This document shows, one piece after another, positions 6,638-15,049 of a stretch of DNA of 19,158 bases (the stretch's first letter is position 1; every line of letters starts with the position of its first letter). The DNA is from Candidatus Methylomirabilia bacterium. Lineage in GTDB: Bacteria > Methylomirabilota > Methylomirabilia > Rokubacteriales > CSP1-6. Under the pieces are notes generated by a model. That model worked only from the letters and a program-made list of their open reading frames with translations. It was not told the DNA's origin and did no database searches. The position numbers were made by a program, and so were the translations under genes. The stretch lies in assembly GCA_041492755.1 (NCBI GenBank), contig JBGPXN010000083.1:1-19158 (forward strand). Direction: 5' to 3'.

Positions 6638-7921
6638 TTACTCCACGATCGCCTGGTAGACGAGGCTGCGCACGGTCTCCTGGTAGTGTCGCCCGAGCGG
6701 CGCCTGCAGCATGGAGACCACTACCATCTGCTCCTTCGGGTCGGCCCACCAGTACGTCGTGAATGCGCCCGGCCAGAAGAAGTCGCCGGGAGAGCCCGGG
6801 ATGGCCGAGAGGCCTTTCTCCTGGCGGACGGCGACGCCGAGGCCCCACGTGTACGCGGGCCCGGCGAACGTGAAGAGGCCGCGCGAGATCTTGCCGAGAT
6901 GATCGGACGTCATGTACTCGACGGTCCGCGGGCCCAGCACGCGCGCGCCGTCGAGGCTACCGCGATCGAGCAGCATCTGGGCGAAGCGCACGTAGTCGCC
7001 GGCCGTCGCGTTGGCGCAGGCGCCGCCGCACTCGAACTTCCTCGGCACGGTGGGATCGGAGAGCGTGTAGGCCGCGCCCGTGTCCGGATGGCTCTTCAGC
7101 GGCTGCGCGACGCGCGCCCGCTTGTCTGCGGGCACGGTGAAGTGCGTGTCGGTCATCTTCAGCGGCCGGAAGATCCGCTCCTCGAGGAACGCGCCCAGCG
7201 GCTTCTGCGCCACCGCTTCGACGACGAGGCCGAGCACGTCGGTCGACAGGCCGTACTCCCACACGGTACCCGGCTGGTGCACGAGCGGCGCCTTCGCGAG
7301 CTGCTCGATCAGCTGCGCGCCCGTCAGCGTCATCGACGCCCTCGTCGACGACTCCGGATACGCCTTGTAGAGGTCGGTCTTGCCGCGGTTGCCATAGGTG
7401 AGGCCGGACGTGTGCCGCATCAGGTCCTGGATCGTCATCTCGCGATCGGCGGGCACGGTGGTGAGGACGGTCTTGCCCGTCGCGGCATCGACCCTCTCGA
7501 CACCGACCTGCGGCTTGCCGAGGGCGGGCAGGTGCTTCGACACGGGGTCCGACAGGAGCAGGCGCCCCTCCTCGTAGAGCACGAGCGCCGCCACCGTCAC
7601 CATCGGCTTCGTCATGGACGCCAGCCGGAAGATCGTGTCGGACGTCATCGCGAGGCCCGCGTCCTTGTCGCGGAAGCCCGCGACCTGCACGGTGGCCACG
7701 CGCCCCCGGCGCGCGACGACGACGACGGCGCCGGGGATGCGGCCTTTCTCCACGTCGGCGCGAAGGATCTGCCCGATGCGGTCGAGGCGCTCGGACGACA
7801 GCCCGACCTGCTCCGGCGTCGCGGACGGCAACCCGGCGGCGCCGGCAACGCAGGCCGCCACAAGAACGAGGATCAGCATGGCGAAGATTGCGAATCGCTT
7901 CGGCGTGTCGGTAGTTTTCAT
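6638..7921 (-). CDS. Serine hydrolase, beta-lactamase class C / family VIII esterase type, secreted
   Basis: FRLASMTK (SxxK), DLMRHTSGL, PG.VWEYGLSTDVLG, IFRPLKM.DT.F, F.WPGA.TTYWWADP. N-terminal signal peptide. The start could also be 7933. Confidence 0.92.
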   Translation of the reverse strand: MKTTDTPKRFAIFAMLILVLVAACVAGAAGLPSATPEQVGLSSERLDRIGQILRADVEKGRIPGAVVVVARRGRVATVQVAGFRDKDAGLAMTSDTIFRLASMTKPMVTVAALVLYEEGRLLLSDPVSKHLPALGKPQVGVERVDAATGKTVLTTVPADREMTIQDLMRHTSGLTYGNRGKTDLYKAYPESSTRASMTLTGAQLIEQLAKAPLVHQPGTVWEYGLSTDVLGLVVEAVAQKPLGAFLEERIFRPLKMTDTHFTVPADKRARVAQPLKSHPDTGAAYTLSDPTVPRKFECGGACANATAGDYVRFAQMLLDRGSLDGARVLGPRTVEYMTSDHLGKISRGLFTFAGPAYTWGLGVAVRQEKGLSAIPGSPGDFFWPGAFTTYWWADPKEQMVVVSMLQAPLGRHYQETVRSLVYQAIVE

Positions 7922-8111
7922 GGCGCAGAGCATAGCGCCGTTGCCACGCCGTGGCGACTAGGGTTTCGCGCCAGCGCGTGATCCCGCGCGACGAGAGGGC
8001 GAAAGGGATACGGCAGCCTCAGCACCTGCTGGGCATGGCGGCGACATAGCTGGACCGGCTGTCCGCCTCGAGTGCCGCGGGCGACAACCGGGTTCCCGAG
8101 GTGACCCGCCA

Positions 8112-8140
8112 ACGGCCGCCGAGGGTGGCTCGGCGGCCGT
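8112..8140. terminator. Perfect 12-bp stem hairpin downstream of the deacylase gene (REP-like or terminator)
   Basis: ACGGCCGCCGAG-GGTGG-CTCGGCGGCCGT. There is no clear U-tract, so terminator function is uncertain. Confidence 0.5.
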
Positions 8141-8184
8141 CAGGGCTGCAACGCATTCTCTTTCGCGCGACGCGGGCCGGCGGT

Positions 8185-9891
8185 TTAACCCCGGCCGTTG
8201 TGAGTGCCGTGATACCGGGCGTTGTGCAGCACGCGGCCTGGGTAGCTCCCCGTGTGCGTCCCCTTCTCGAGGAGGACCTCGCCATTCACCACGGTGTAGT
8301 GGATCCCCTCGGCCAGCTCGCGCATACGCCAGCCGTTGTTCGGGAAGTCGTGCACCACGTCTTCCGTGACCGGCTGCACGGTGTCGGGATCGAAGACGAC
8401 GAGGTCCGCCGCCATCCCCGGTTGCAGGAGCCCGCGATCGTAGATGCCGAAGGCGGTGGCCGAGTCGAAGGTCAGCCGGCGGACGGCCAGCTCGAGCGGC
8501 ATGATCTTCTTCTTCCTCACCCAGTGGCCGAGCAGGCGGGTGGAGTTCGACACGTTCGAGTGAAACTGCACGTGGGCGCCCCCGTCGGAGAGGCCGACGA
8601 CGGCGTAGGGGCTGCCGAGGATCTGCGCCACGGCCTCGGTGTCGGTGTTGTTCTCCCCGAGGGTGAACACCGTGTTCAGCTCCTCCTCGACCACCAGGTC
8701 AAGGAACGCGTCGAGCGGATGCTGGCCCCGGGCCTTGGTGATCTCCGCCATGGTCTGGCCTTCGAGGCCGCGGTTCTTCGGGAGCTGAGGCTCCTCCACG
8801 ATCATCAGATCCCAGCGCTTGGAGAAGATCGAGTCCGCATGGAGCGGGGCGTCGACCTCGACCCGGAGCTTGGCGCGGACCTCGGGATCGCGATAGGCGC
8901 GCATCTTGTCGGCGTCGGAGCCCTGGAGGATCGGCAGCCAGGTGGGCATGCTCCGGAACACCTGGCAGTTCTTCATCGTGAACCGCTGCACGACGCTCCC
9001 CGGATTGCACAGCGGCACCGCCCGAATGCCCTGGCGGACTGTCTCCTCGACGTGCGTGAGGTGCTGCCGCCACCGCCCGGGGTGTCGCGCCTGTTCGACC
9101 AAGGTGTTGTACATGACCGGGCGGCCGCAGGCCTGGGAGATCCGGCTCAGCAGGCGATCTTTCAGCTCGGGGTTGGTCCCGCCGCCGCACTGGATCACGC
9201 CCGTGCCCACCTCGCGGAGCACGTCGGTCAGCGCGAAGAGCTCCGACTCCGGCGCGCAGGCCGCGGGAATCCGCGTTCCCGCGATGTCGAAGTGGTTCAT
9301 GTTGCGCGTGATCGAGAGCCCGAGGGCCCCCGCTTCCAGCGCCTCTCGCACCACGCGCCGCATCACTTCGAGCTCGGCGTCCGTGGCCGGACGCTCCGAG
9401 CAGTCCTTCCCCATGGCGTAGAGCCTGACGGCGGAGTGGCCGACGAGCGTGCCGACGTTCACTCCGAGCCGCTGGCCGACGGCGCTCATGTACTCGGGGA
9501 ACGTCTCCCACGTCCAGGGCACGCCAGCTTCCAACACGTCCATGGGAATCGCTTCGACGTAGGAGAGCATCCCGGCCAGCTTCTCGCGCTCGGCGGCCTT
9601 CACGGGAGCGAGCGCCAGCGAGCAGTTCCCGATGATGACGGTGGTGGCGCCGTGGTGACACGAGAAGGTGCAGAGCGGATCCCAGAGGACCTGCGCGTCG
9701 TAGTGACAGTGGTTGTCCACGAACCCCGGCGAGACGACCCGCCCATCAGCCTCGATGACCCGCCGCGCGGATCCGTCGAGGCGGCCGAGCTCCACGATCT
9801 TTCCCTGGGCCACCCCGACGTCGCCGTTGAAGGCGGGCCGGCCCGAGCCGTCGATGATGCGGCCGTTCTTGATCAGCAGGTCGTAGGGCAT
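8185..9891 (-). CDS. N-acyl-D-amino-acid deacylase family amidohydrolase
   Basis: YDLLIKNGRIIDGSG, PGFVDNHCHYDAQVLWDP, HGATTVIIGNC.LALAP, VGHSAVR, SDGGAHV, DRGLLQPGMAADLVVFDP, VVNG.....G..TG..PG. RBS GAGGAG. Confidence 0.92.
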   Translation of the reverse strand: MPYDLLIKNGRIIDGSGRPAFNGDVGVAQGKIVELGRLDGSARRVIEADGRVVSPGFVDNHCHYDAQVLWDPLCTFSCHHGATTVIIGNCSLALAPVKAAEREKLAGMLSYVEAIPMDVLEAGVPWTWETFPEYMSAVGQRLGVNVGTLVGHSAVRLYAMGKDCSERPATDAELEVMRRVVREALEAGALGLSITRNMNHFDIAGTRIPAACAPESELFALTDVLREVGTGVIQCGGGTNPELKDRLLSRISQACGRPVMYNTLVEQARHPGRWRQHLTHVEETVRQGIRAVPLCNPGSVVQRFTMKNCQVFRSMPTWLPILQGSDADKMRAYRDPEVRAKLRVEVDAPLHADSIFSKRWDLMIVEEPQLPKNRGLEGQTMAEITKARGQHPLDAFLDLVVEEELNTVFTLGENNTDTEAVAQILGSPYAVVGLSDGGAHVQFHSNVSNSTRLLGHWVRKKKIMPLELAVRRLTFDSATAFGIYDRGLLQPGMAADLVVFDPDTVQPVTEDVVHDFPNNGWRMRELAEGIHYTVVNGEVLLEKGTHTGSYPGRVLHNARYHGTHNGRG

Positions 9892-9945
9892 GGTGTCGCT
9901 CCTCTCGGCGGCTCTCGCTCAGGCGATGCCGGCCGCCGGCCGGAT

Positions 9946-9963
9946 CTACGATCGGGATCGTAG
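9946..9963. promoter_or_regulatory. Perfect palindrome in the divergent intergenic region, possible operator
   Basis: CTACGATC-GG-GATCGTAG, between the deacylase start (9891, -) and the methyltransferase remnant (+). Confidence 0.35.
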
Positions 9964-9989
9964 CTCAGGCTCAGGACGCCGACAAGATC

Positions 9990-10869
9990 ATGGCCTACAG
10001 ACTGACCGAGCTCATTCACGTCGTGGCGCGTCTCGGCATAGCCGACCTCCTCAAAGGCGGGGCAAGAAGCTGTGACGAACTGGCCTCGCGGGTAGGTGTT
10101 CATCCTCGCGCCCTCTATCGCGTGCTGCGGGCTCTCGCGAGCAATGGCATCTTTGCGGAGACCAAGGACGGTCCAGATGGCGGGCCTGGGGCGGACTTCT
10201 CTACAGCGTGACGACGGGCAAATCTGCGTTCGAGCACATCTATGGCATGACCAACTGGGAGTGGCATGCGCAAAATCCCGACGCCTTTGAACTATTCAGT
10301 GAGGGCATGGCGGAACTCACACGAAAGGCGATTCCCGCGATCGTGACAGCCTATGGCTTTGGTGCGCATCGAGAAATCGTCGATGTCGGCGGGGGCCGCG
10401 GAGACCTCATTGCGGCTATCCTGAACAATCTCCACATCTCCGCGGCATCATGGTAGAGCTACCCGCGCTCATCGATGATGCTCGACACGTGCTCGAGGCC
10501 GCCCGCGTTGCAGCGCGCTGTGAGCTCGTCGGGGGAGATTACCTCGAGTCCGTGCCCAGCGGAGGGGACGCGTACATCCTCAAGAGCATTCTGCACGGGA
10601 TGGATGACGCCAAAGCCGCGCGGGTATTGGGAAACTGTCGCCAGGCCATGAGCAGTGATGGGCGCCTTTTGGTGATCCAAGCAATCGTCCCGTCCGGGAA
10701 TGCACCTGCGCGCATCAAAGTGAGCGACATTCTCCACCTCGTGTCTGGAGGAGGCCAGGAGCGTACGGAAGCGGAGTACCGGGCGCTCTTTGACGCGTCA
10801 GGCTTCAGGCTGGTGAAAATCCACCCGGCGTCGCCATCGTTCAGCATTCTCGAAGGCGTGCGCTTGTAG
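9990..10869 (+). pseudogene. SAM-dependent O-methyltransferase (Methyltransf_2 with dimerisation domain), disrupted
   Basis: Three pieces in different frames. (1) MAYRLTELIHVVARLGIADLL...LYRVLRALASNGIFAETKDG. (2) From 10178, WRAWGGLLYSVTTGKSAFEHIYG...IVDVGGGRGDLIAAIL. (3) From about 10432, PHLRGIMVELP...VGGDYLESVPSGGDAYILKSILH..DD...GGQERTEAEY..L...SGF. Confidence 0.9.
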
Positions 10870-10872
10870 TCG

Positions 10873-10931
10873 CACCTGCCGAGGCGGATTCTTCGCTGAC
10901 TGTCACTCGCCCACGTGGTCGCCAAGCCAGT
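10873..10931 (-). repeat. Duplicate of the alpha/beta hydrolase 3' end and 3' flank
   Basis: 10903-10931 matches 11503-11531 at 28 of 29 nt, including the TGA stop. CACCTGCCGAGGCGGATTC (10873-10891) resembles CACTGCCGAGGGATTC (11467-11482). Confidence 0.85.
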
Positions 10932-10973
10932 TGTTGGTGGCGCCGCCTCAGCAGCAGTTTTCCCGCCTGTAGG

Positions 10974-11441
10974 TCAGTGCGCGGCAGGGAAGTTTGTGTC
11001 GAACTTCTTGCTTATCTCCATTACCTTCTCGCCGGTGAAGCTGCCGCCGGCGGCGAGTTCGGAGATCGCTTGGAAGTAGTGGTCCTGTCCTCCCGGCAGG
11101 CTCCAGTCGAGCATGCGCCCCGTCGTGTCGCCGACGTTCTTGAAGCGGTGCACCACGTTGCGCGGAATGAAGACGATCGTGCCGGGGCCGGCCGTTGAGG
11201 TCTGGCTACCGACGGTCAACTCGTAAGTGCCCTCGACGATGAAGAATACTTCGTCCTGGCTGAAATGGACGTGGTCGGGCGGGCCTTCACCGGGCTTGTG
11301 GTCTGCGATGATGACCGAGATCGCGCCGCCGGTGGCCTCGGTCGTGAGGAGTACTTTCATGTCGAGGCCGAAGGGCTTGATCGCCAGCGCTTGTTCGGGC
11401 TTGATAACAGTGGCTTGCAGTCGTGAGTGTCTTGCGTCCAT
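10974..11441 (-). CDS. Cupin domain protein (Cupin_2)
   Basis: GPPDHVHFSQDEVFFIVEG (HxH...E) and AGPGTIVFIPRNVVHRFKN. RBS GGAGG upstream of the ATG. Confidence 0.9.
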   Translation of the reverse strand: MDARHSRLQATVIKPEQALAIKPFGLDMKVLLTTEATGGAISVIIADHKPGEGPPDHVHFSQDEVFFIVEGTYELTVGSQTSTAGPGTIVFIPRNVVHRFKNVGDTTGRMLDWSLPGGQDHYFQAISELAAGGSFTGEKVMEISKKFDTNFPAAH

Positions 11442-11502
11442 GTTGCCTCCAATTCTTATAGAGGATCACTGCCGAGGGATTCGGCGTGCCCCTGTTTTCG
11501 CC

Positions 11503-12612
11503 TCACTCGCTCACGTGGTCGCCAAGCCAGTCCAGCAGCGCCGGGATGGTGTACGGAAACCCGTCGTAGGAGCAGTGGATGGCGCCCGGCTCGCCGCGCT
11601 CGTACAGGATGAGCTGCTTGTCGGTACGCGCCTCGTCGTGGGTGCGCTGGGCGTGCCAGGCGGGAACCAGGTGATCGTCCTTCCCGTGCACGACAAGAAG
11701 TGGACACGAGATCTTCTCGACCACGCCCTTCAACGAAAAAGCCTTCAGCCGCTCGCGGGCGTCGTCGAGATCCTTCGCGCCGGTCAGCCAGCGGAGCTGC
11801 TCGCGGATCGGCGGATAGGTATCGTAGAGGTCAACGCCGTCGTAGAGGGCGCCGAAGATCGCGCAGGCGCGCAGGCGCTTGTCGAAGGCGGCGGCGCGCG
11901 CCGCATAGTAACCGCCGAAGCTGCGGCCGAGGAGCGCGATGCGGTCCGGATCGACCTCGGGCCGGCGCCCCAGATAATCGATCGCGGCGCCGACGGGCAC
12001 CTCGTAGTCGTGGCGGCTGACGATCCCGCGCCGGCGTAGCGTTTCGCCCTGGCCCGGCATGTCGACGACGAGCAGCGACATGCCGCGCTCGATCGCCGCC
12101 TTGCCGCCCAGGAAGTAGAGCTCCTCCTTGAGCACGTCGGCCCCGGCAACGTAGATCAGGCCCGGCGTCCGCCGCGCGCCGCGGTTCGCCGCCGGGTAGA
12201 AATAGCCGGGGAGGGTCACGCCCTCGTATGGCACTTCGACCTGCTCCAGCGGCGGCGTGAAGTGACGGCCGGCGGCGCGGAAGCAGGCGATGCAGCGATC
12301 GAACGTGTGCACGCGGCGCGCGTCCTCGGGGAGCAGGAAGAACTCGGCCCAGCGGTAGTAGTTGCAGGCTCGCAAATAATGATCGCGCGCGGTGATCGCG
12401 TGGCCGCTGGCGTCGGCGTCCCGCCCGAGGCCCTCGATTTCCTCGGCGAGACGGAGCCACTCGCGATACCAGGACTTCTTGTCCCCGAGCGTCATGCGCT
12501 CGGCGGCGCGGTAGATCTCGTTGAACTCGCCGCCGCCGTAGATGCCCTCGGCGATGGGACGGAGCAGGTGCCACGACCAGTCGAAGTCCTGCGGCCACAT
12601 CTTGAACATCAC
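11503..12612 (-). CDS. Alpha/beta hydrolase, 2,6-dihydroxypseudooxynicotine hydrolase / FrsA-like family
   Basis: Nucleophile elbow GRSFGGYYA, plus DMPGQGE, YLRACNYYRWAEF, VPYEGVTLPGYF, LLVVHGKDD, GA.HC. The start is GTG 12612 or ATG 12609, 6 nt after the molybdoenzyme stop. Confidence 0.85.
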   Translation of the reverse strand: MMFKMWPQDFDWSWHLLRPIAEGIYGGGEFNEIYRAAERMTLGDKKSWYREWLRLAEEIEGLGRDADASGHAITARDHYLRACNYYRWAEFFLLPEDARRVHTFDRCIACFRAAGRHFTPPLEQVEVPYEGVTLPGYFYPAANRGARRTPGLIYVAGADVLKEELYFLGGKAAIERGMSLLVVDMPGQGETLRRRGIVSRHDYEVPVGAAIDYLGRRPEVDPDRIALLGRSFGGYYAARAAAFDKRLRACAIFGALYDGVDLYDTYPPIREQLRWLTGAKDLDDARERLKAFSLKGVVEKISCPLLVVHGKDDHLVPAWHAQRTHDEARTDKQLILYERGEPGAIHCSYDGFPYTIPALLDWLGDHVSE

Positions 12613-12618
12613 GTCACC

Positions 12619-14952
12619 TCATTGCCGGGCATCCGGCGATACCGCCGCGCCCGGCCTCGCGTGCAACAGGTCGAAGAGCCGCCTCGGCGTCACCGGCAGC
12701 TCGCGGATGGTGACGCCGAAGTCGGCCAGCGCGTCCTCGATGGCGTTGGCGATGGCCGGACCCGGCGCGATCGCTCCGCTCTCGCCGGCGCCCTTGATGC
12801 CCAGTTCGTTGATGATCGACGGATGATCGAGGAGCGCCGTGATGATCTCCGGCAGATCGTCGGCCCGCGGCAGCGCGTAGTCCATGAAGCTTCCCGTGAG
12901 GAGCTGGCCGCCGGCGTCGTAGACCAGCTCTTCCATCAGCGCGGCGCCGACGCCCTGGGCGACGCCGCCGTGGAGCTGGCCCTCGACGATCATCGGGTTG
13001 ATGGGCCGGCCGCTGTCGTGGACGGCGACGTAGCGCAGCAGCCGCACCGCGCACGTTTCGACGTCGACCTCGACGACGGCCGCCTGGGCGCCGAACGCCC
13101 ACGTGACCGTCTTCGGATAGAAGTAGGCGCACGTGTTGAGGCCGGGCTCGCCGGTGGGCGCGAGCACCTTGCTCTTGGCCGCCACCTTCGCCACCTCGCC
13201 GAGCGCGACGTGTCGCTCCGGCATGCCGGCCACGTGGAGGCGGCCGTCCTCGAGCACGACGTCCGCGGGCGCACACTCGAGCATCGAGGCGGCGACGAGC
13301 GCGGCGCGGCGCCTGAGCTCGCGCGCGGCCTTCGCCACCGCGGGGCCGGCGTTCGCGGCGAGCCGGCTCGCCAGCGCGCCGAACCCATACGGCAGCACGT
13401 CGGTGTCCGCGCCGGCGACGGTGACGTCGTCGAACGGCACGCCCAGCTCCTGCGCGGCGATCTGGGCGAAGGTCGTGGCGTGTCCCTGGCCCTGCGAGGA
13501 GAAGCCGACGAAGACGTAGACGTGGCCGCTCGGATCGACGCGCACGTTGGCGCCCTCGTACGGCCCGAGCGCCGTGCCCTGGTGATAGCAGGCCACGCCG
13601 ACGCCGACGCGGCGGCGTCCGTCCGCGCTCGAGGCCCGGCGCGCGCGATGCTCGCGGTACCCGATCAGCTCGAGCGTGTGATCGAAGGCGGTCAGGAAAT
13701 CGCCGGGGTCGTAGACGATTTCCACGCCGTCCTTGTAGGGGAAGCCGGGCCGGTACGGCATCTCCTCGGCGCGGATCAGGTTGCGGCGACGGATCTCCAC
13801 CGGATCGCAGCCGAGGCGACGGGCCGCGATGTCGAGCAGCCGCTCCATGACGAAGGCGGCCTCGGGCCGTCCCGCGCCGCGGTAGGCCGCGCTGTACGTC
13901 TTGTTGGTGACGAGGCTCTCGCACCGGTTGTGATAGTGCGCGACCCGGTAGGCCGAGGGCAGGTGGACGACGGTGTTGAGGACCGCGGCGTCGTCCTGGA
14001 TGGTGTAGGCGCCGAAGTCGGCCTCGAACGTGCCGTCGATCGCCACGATGGTCCCGTCGCGGCGGAACCCGACGCGTACGTCGTGGACCTGCTCGCGGTC
14101 GTGGCAGGTGGCCACGAAGTGCTCCTGGCGCGTCTCCGTCCACTTGATGGGCCGCCGGAGTCGCCGCGCCACCGCGGGAACGAGGATCTCCTCGGCATAG
14201 ACCTGCGCCTTGGCGCCGAACCCTCCACCGACGTCGGGCGCCACCACGCGGATCCGCTCCGCGGGCAGCCCGAGCACGTGCGCGATCGCCCCGCGCACGA
14301 GATAGGTCGTCTGCGTGGACGTGATCACGACGAGGCCGCCCGTGAGCACGTCCTCGTACGCGAGCACCCCGCGCGGCTCGAGCGGCATGCCGGCGAGACG
14401 CGGGTGCCTGAGCCGTTCGTGGATGGTGACGTCGGCGGTCCGCAGGGCGCCCTCGGGGTCGCCGATCGTGCGCTCGGAGATGCCCGCCACGTTGTCGGGC
14501 CACGCCTCGTGGATTCGCGCCTCGCCACGCCGCGCCGCGTCCGTGGAGGCGATGACCGGCAGGTCCTCGTAGTCCACGGTGACGCTCTGGAGCGCGTCGG
14601 CCAGACGATACGCGTCGTCCGCGACCAGAGCCGCGATCGGCTCGCCCACGTAGCGCACCTTGTCGCGGGCGAGCACCGGCTGCTCGTACTCGCGGAAGTT
14701 CTTGAGCTGGCCGTAGGGTGGTATGGGCTCGGCCAGCTCGGGCAGGTCGTCGGCCGTAAAGCCGGTGACCACGCCGGGGTGGGCTCGCGCCTTGTCGAGG
14801 AGCACCTTGGCGAGGCGCGCGTGGGCGTGCGTGCTCCGTACGACGCCAAGATGCAGCATGCCGGGCAGCGTGAGGTCGTCGAGATAGCGGCCGCGCCCCC
14901 TCACGAGCGGTTCGTCTTCCTTGCGCCTGAGCGATTGCCCGATGACGTTCAT
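12619..14952 (-). CDS. Xanthine dehydrogenase family molybdopterin-binding large subunit (CoxL form II-like)
   Basis: IGQSLRRKED..LVRGRGRYLDD, VRYVGEPIA, PDVGGGFGAK, AYRGAGRPEA, QGQGHATTFAQI, INPMIVEGQLHGG.AQG.G, DYALP, KGAGESG. Confidence 0.93.
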   Translation of the reverse strand: MNVIGQSLRRKEDEPLVRGRGRYLDDLTLPGMLHLGVVRSTHAHARLAKVLLDKARAHPGVVTGFTADDLPELAEPIPPYGQLKNFREYEQPVLARDKVRYVGEPIAALVADDAYRLADALQSVTVDYEDLPVIASTDAARRGEARIHEAWPDNVAGISERTIGDPEGALRTADVTIHERLRHPRLAGMPLEPRGVLAYEDVLTGGLVVITSTQTTYLVRGAIAHVLGLPAERIRVVAPDVGGGFGAKAQVYAEEILVPAVARRLRRPIKWTETRQEHFVATCHDREQVHDVRVGFRRDGTIVAIDGTFEADFGAYTIQDDAAVLNTVVHLPSAYRVAHYHNRCESLVTNKTYSAAYRGAGRPEAAFVMERLLDIAARRLGCDPVEIRRRNLIRAEEMPYRPGFPYKDGVEIVYDPGDFLTAFDHTLELIGYREHRARRASSADGRRRVGVGVACYHQGTALGPYEGANVRVDPSGHVYVFVGFSSQGQGHATTFAQIAAQELGVPFDDVTVAGADTDVLPYGFGALASRLAANAGPAVAKAARELRRRAALVAASMLECAPADVVLEDGRLHVAGMPERHVALGEVAKVAAKSKVLAPTGEPGLNTCAYFYPKTVTWAFGAQAAVVEVDVETCAVRLLRYVAVHDSGRPINPMIVEGQLHGGVAQGVGAALMEELVYDAGGQLLTGSFMDYALPRADDLPEIITALLDHPSIINELGIKGAGESGAIAPGPAIANAIEDALADFGVTIRELPVTPRRLFDLLHARPGAAVSPDARQ

Positions 14953-14966
14953 CGAATCGACGGCCT

Positions 14967-15049
14967 ATTACGACGACGGCGGAATCCGATGTCAACCCGG
15001 GTCGCCGCCGGGCGTGGGCTTGACACGCGGGGCGACGCGATGCTACGTG
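14967..15049. promoter_or_regulatory. Back-to-back sigma70-type promoters for the divergent operons
   Basis: - strand: TTGACA at 14995-14990, 17-nt spacer, CGTAAT at 14972-14967. + strand: TTGACA at 15020-15025 with a weaker TGCTACGT -10 region at about 15041-15049. Confidence 0.55.

Noticed and set aside
6638..7921. Beta-lactam resistance gene (ampC)
   Set aside because: It has SxxK but lacks the AmpC YxN and KTG motifs (YGL and WPG instead), which fits family VIII esterase-like hydrolases.
7934..8110. Small ORF or ncRNA between the deacylase hairpin and the serine hydrolase
   Set aside because: I could not recognise a protein motif, RBS or convincing RNA structure; the region is left unannotated.
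4272..9963. Long overlapping ORFs (4272..5819, 4316..6004, 6527..7981, 8101..9963; likewise 12614..15157 and 17096..18970)
   Set aside because: Arg/Gly/Pro-rich alternative-frame or antisense ORFs expected in ~70% GC DNA, overlapping well-supported genes.
10170..10450. Programmed frameshifting in the methyltransferase
   Set aside because: There are no slippery sequences at the breaks, and the first break appears to coincide with lost coding sequence, indicating decay.
3238..11531. Integron cassette array, or prophage/ICE with att sites
   Set aside because: No integrase and no attC-like structures were recognised. The repeats are gene-specific tails rather than one shared site, and gene orientations are mixed.
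12619..14952. Aerobic CO dehydrogenase (form I coxL)
   Set aside because: The active-site loop is AYRGAGR rather than AYxCSFR, and no coxM, coxS or accessory genes are present.
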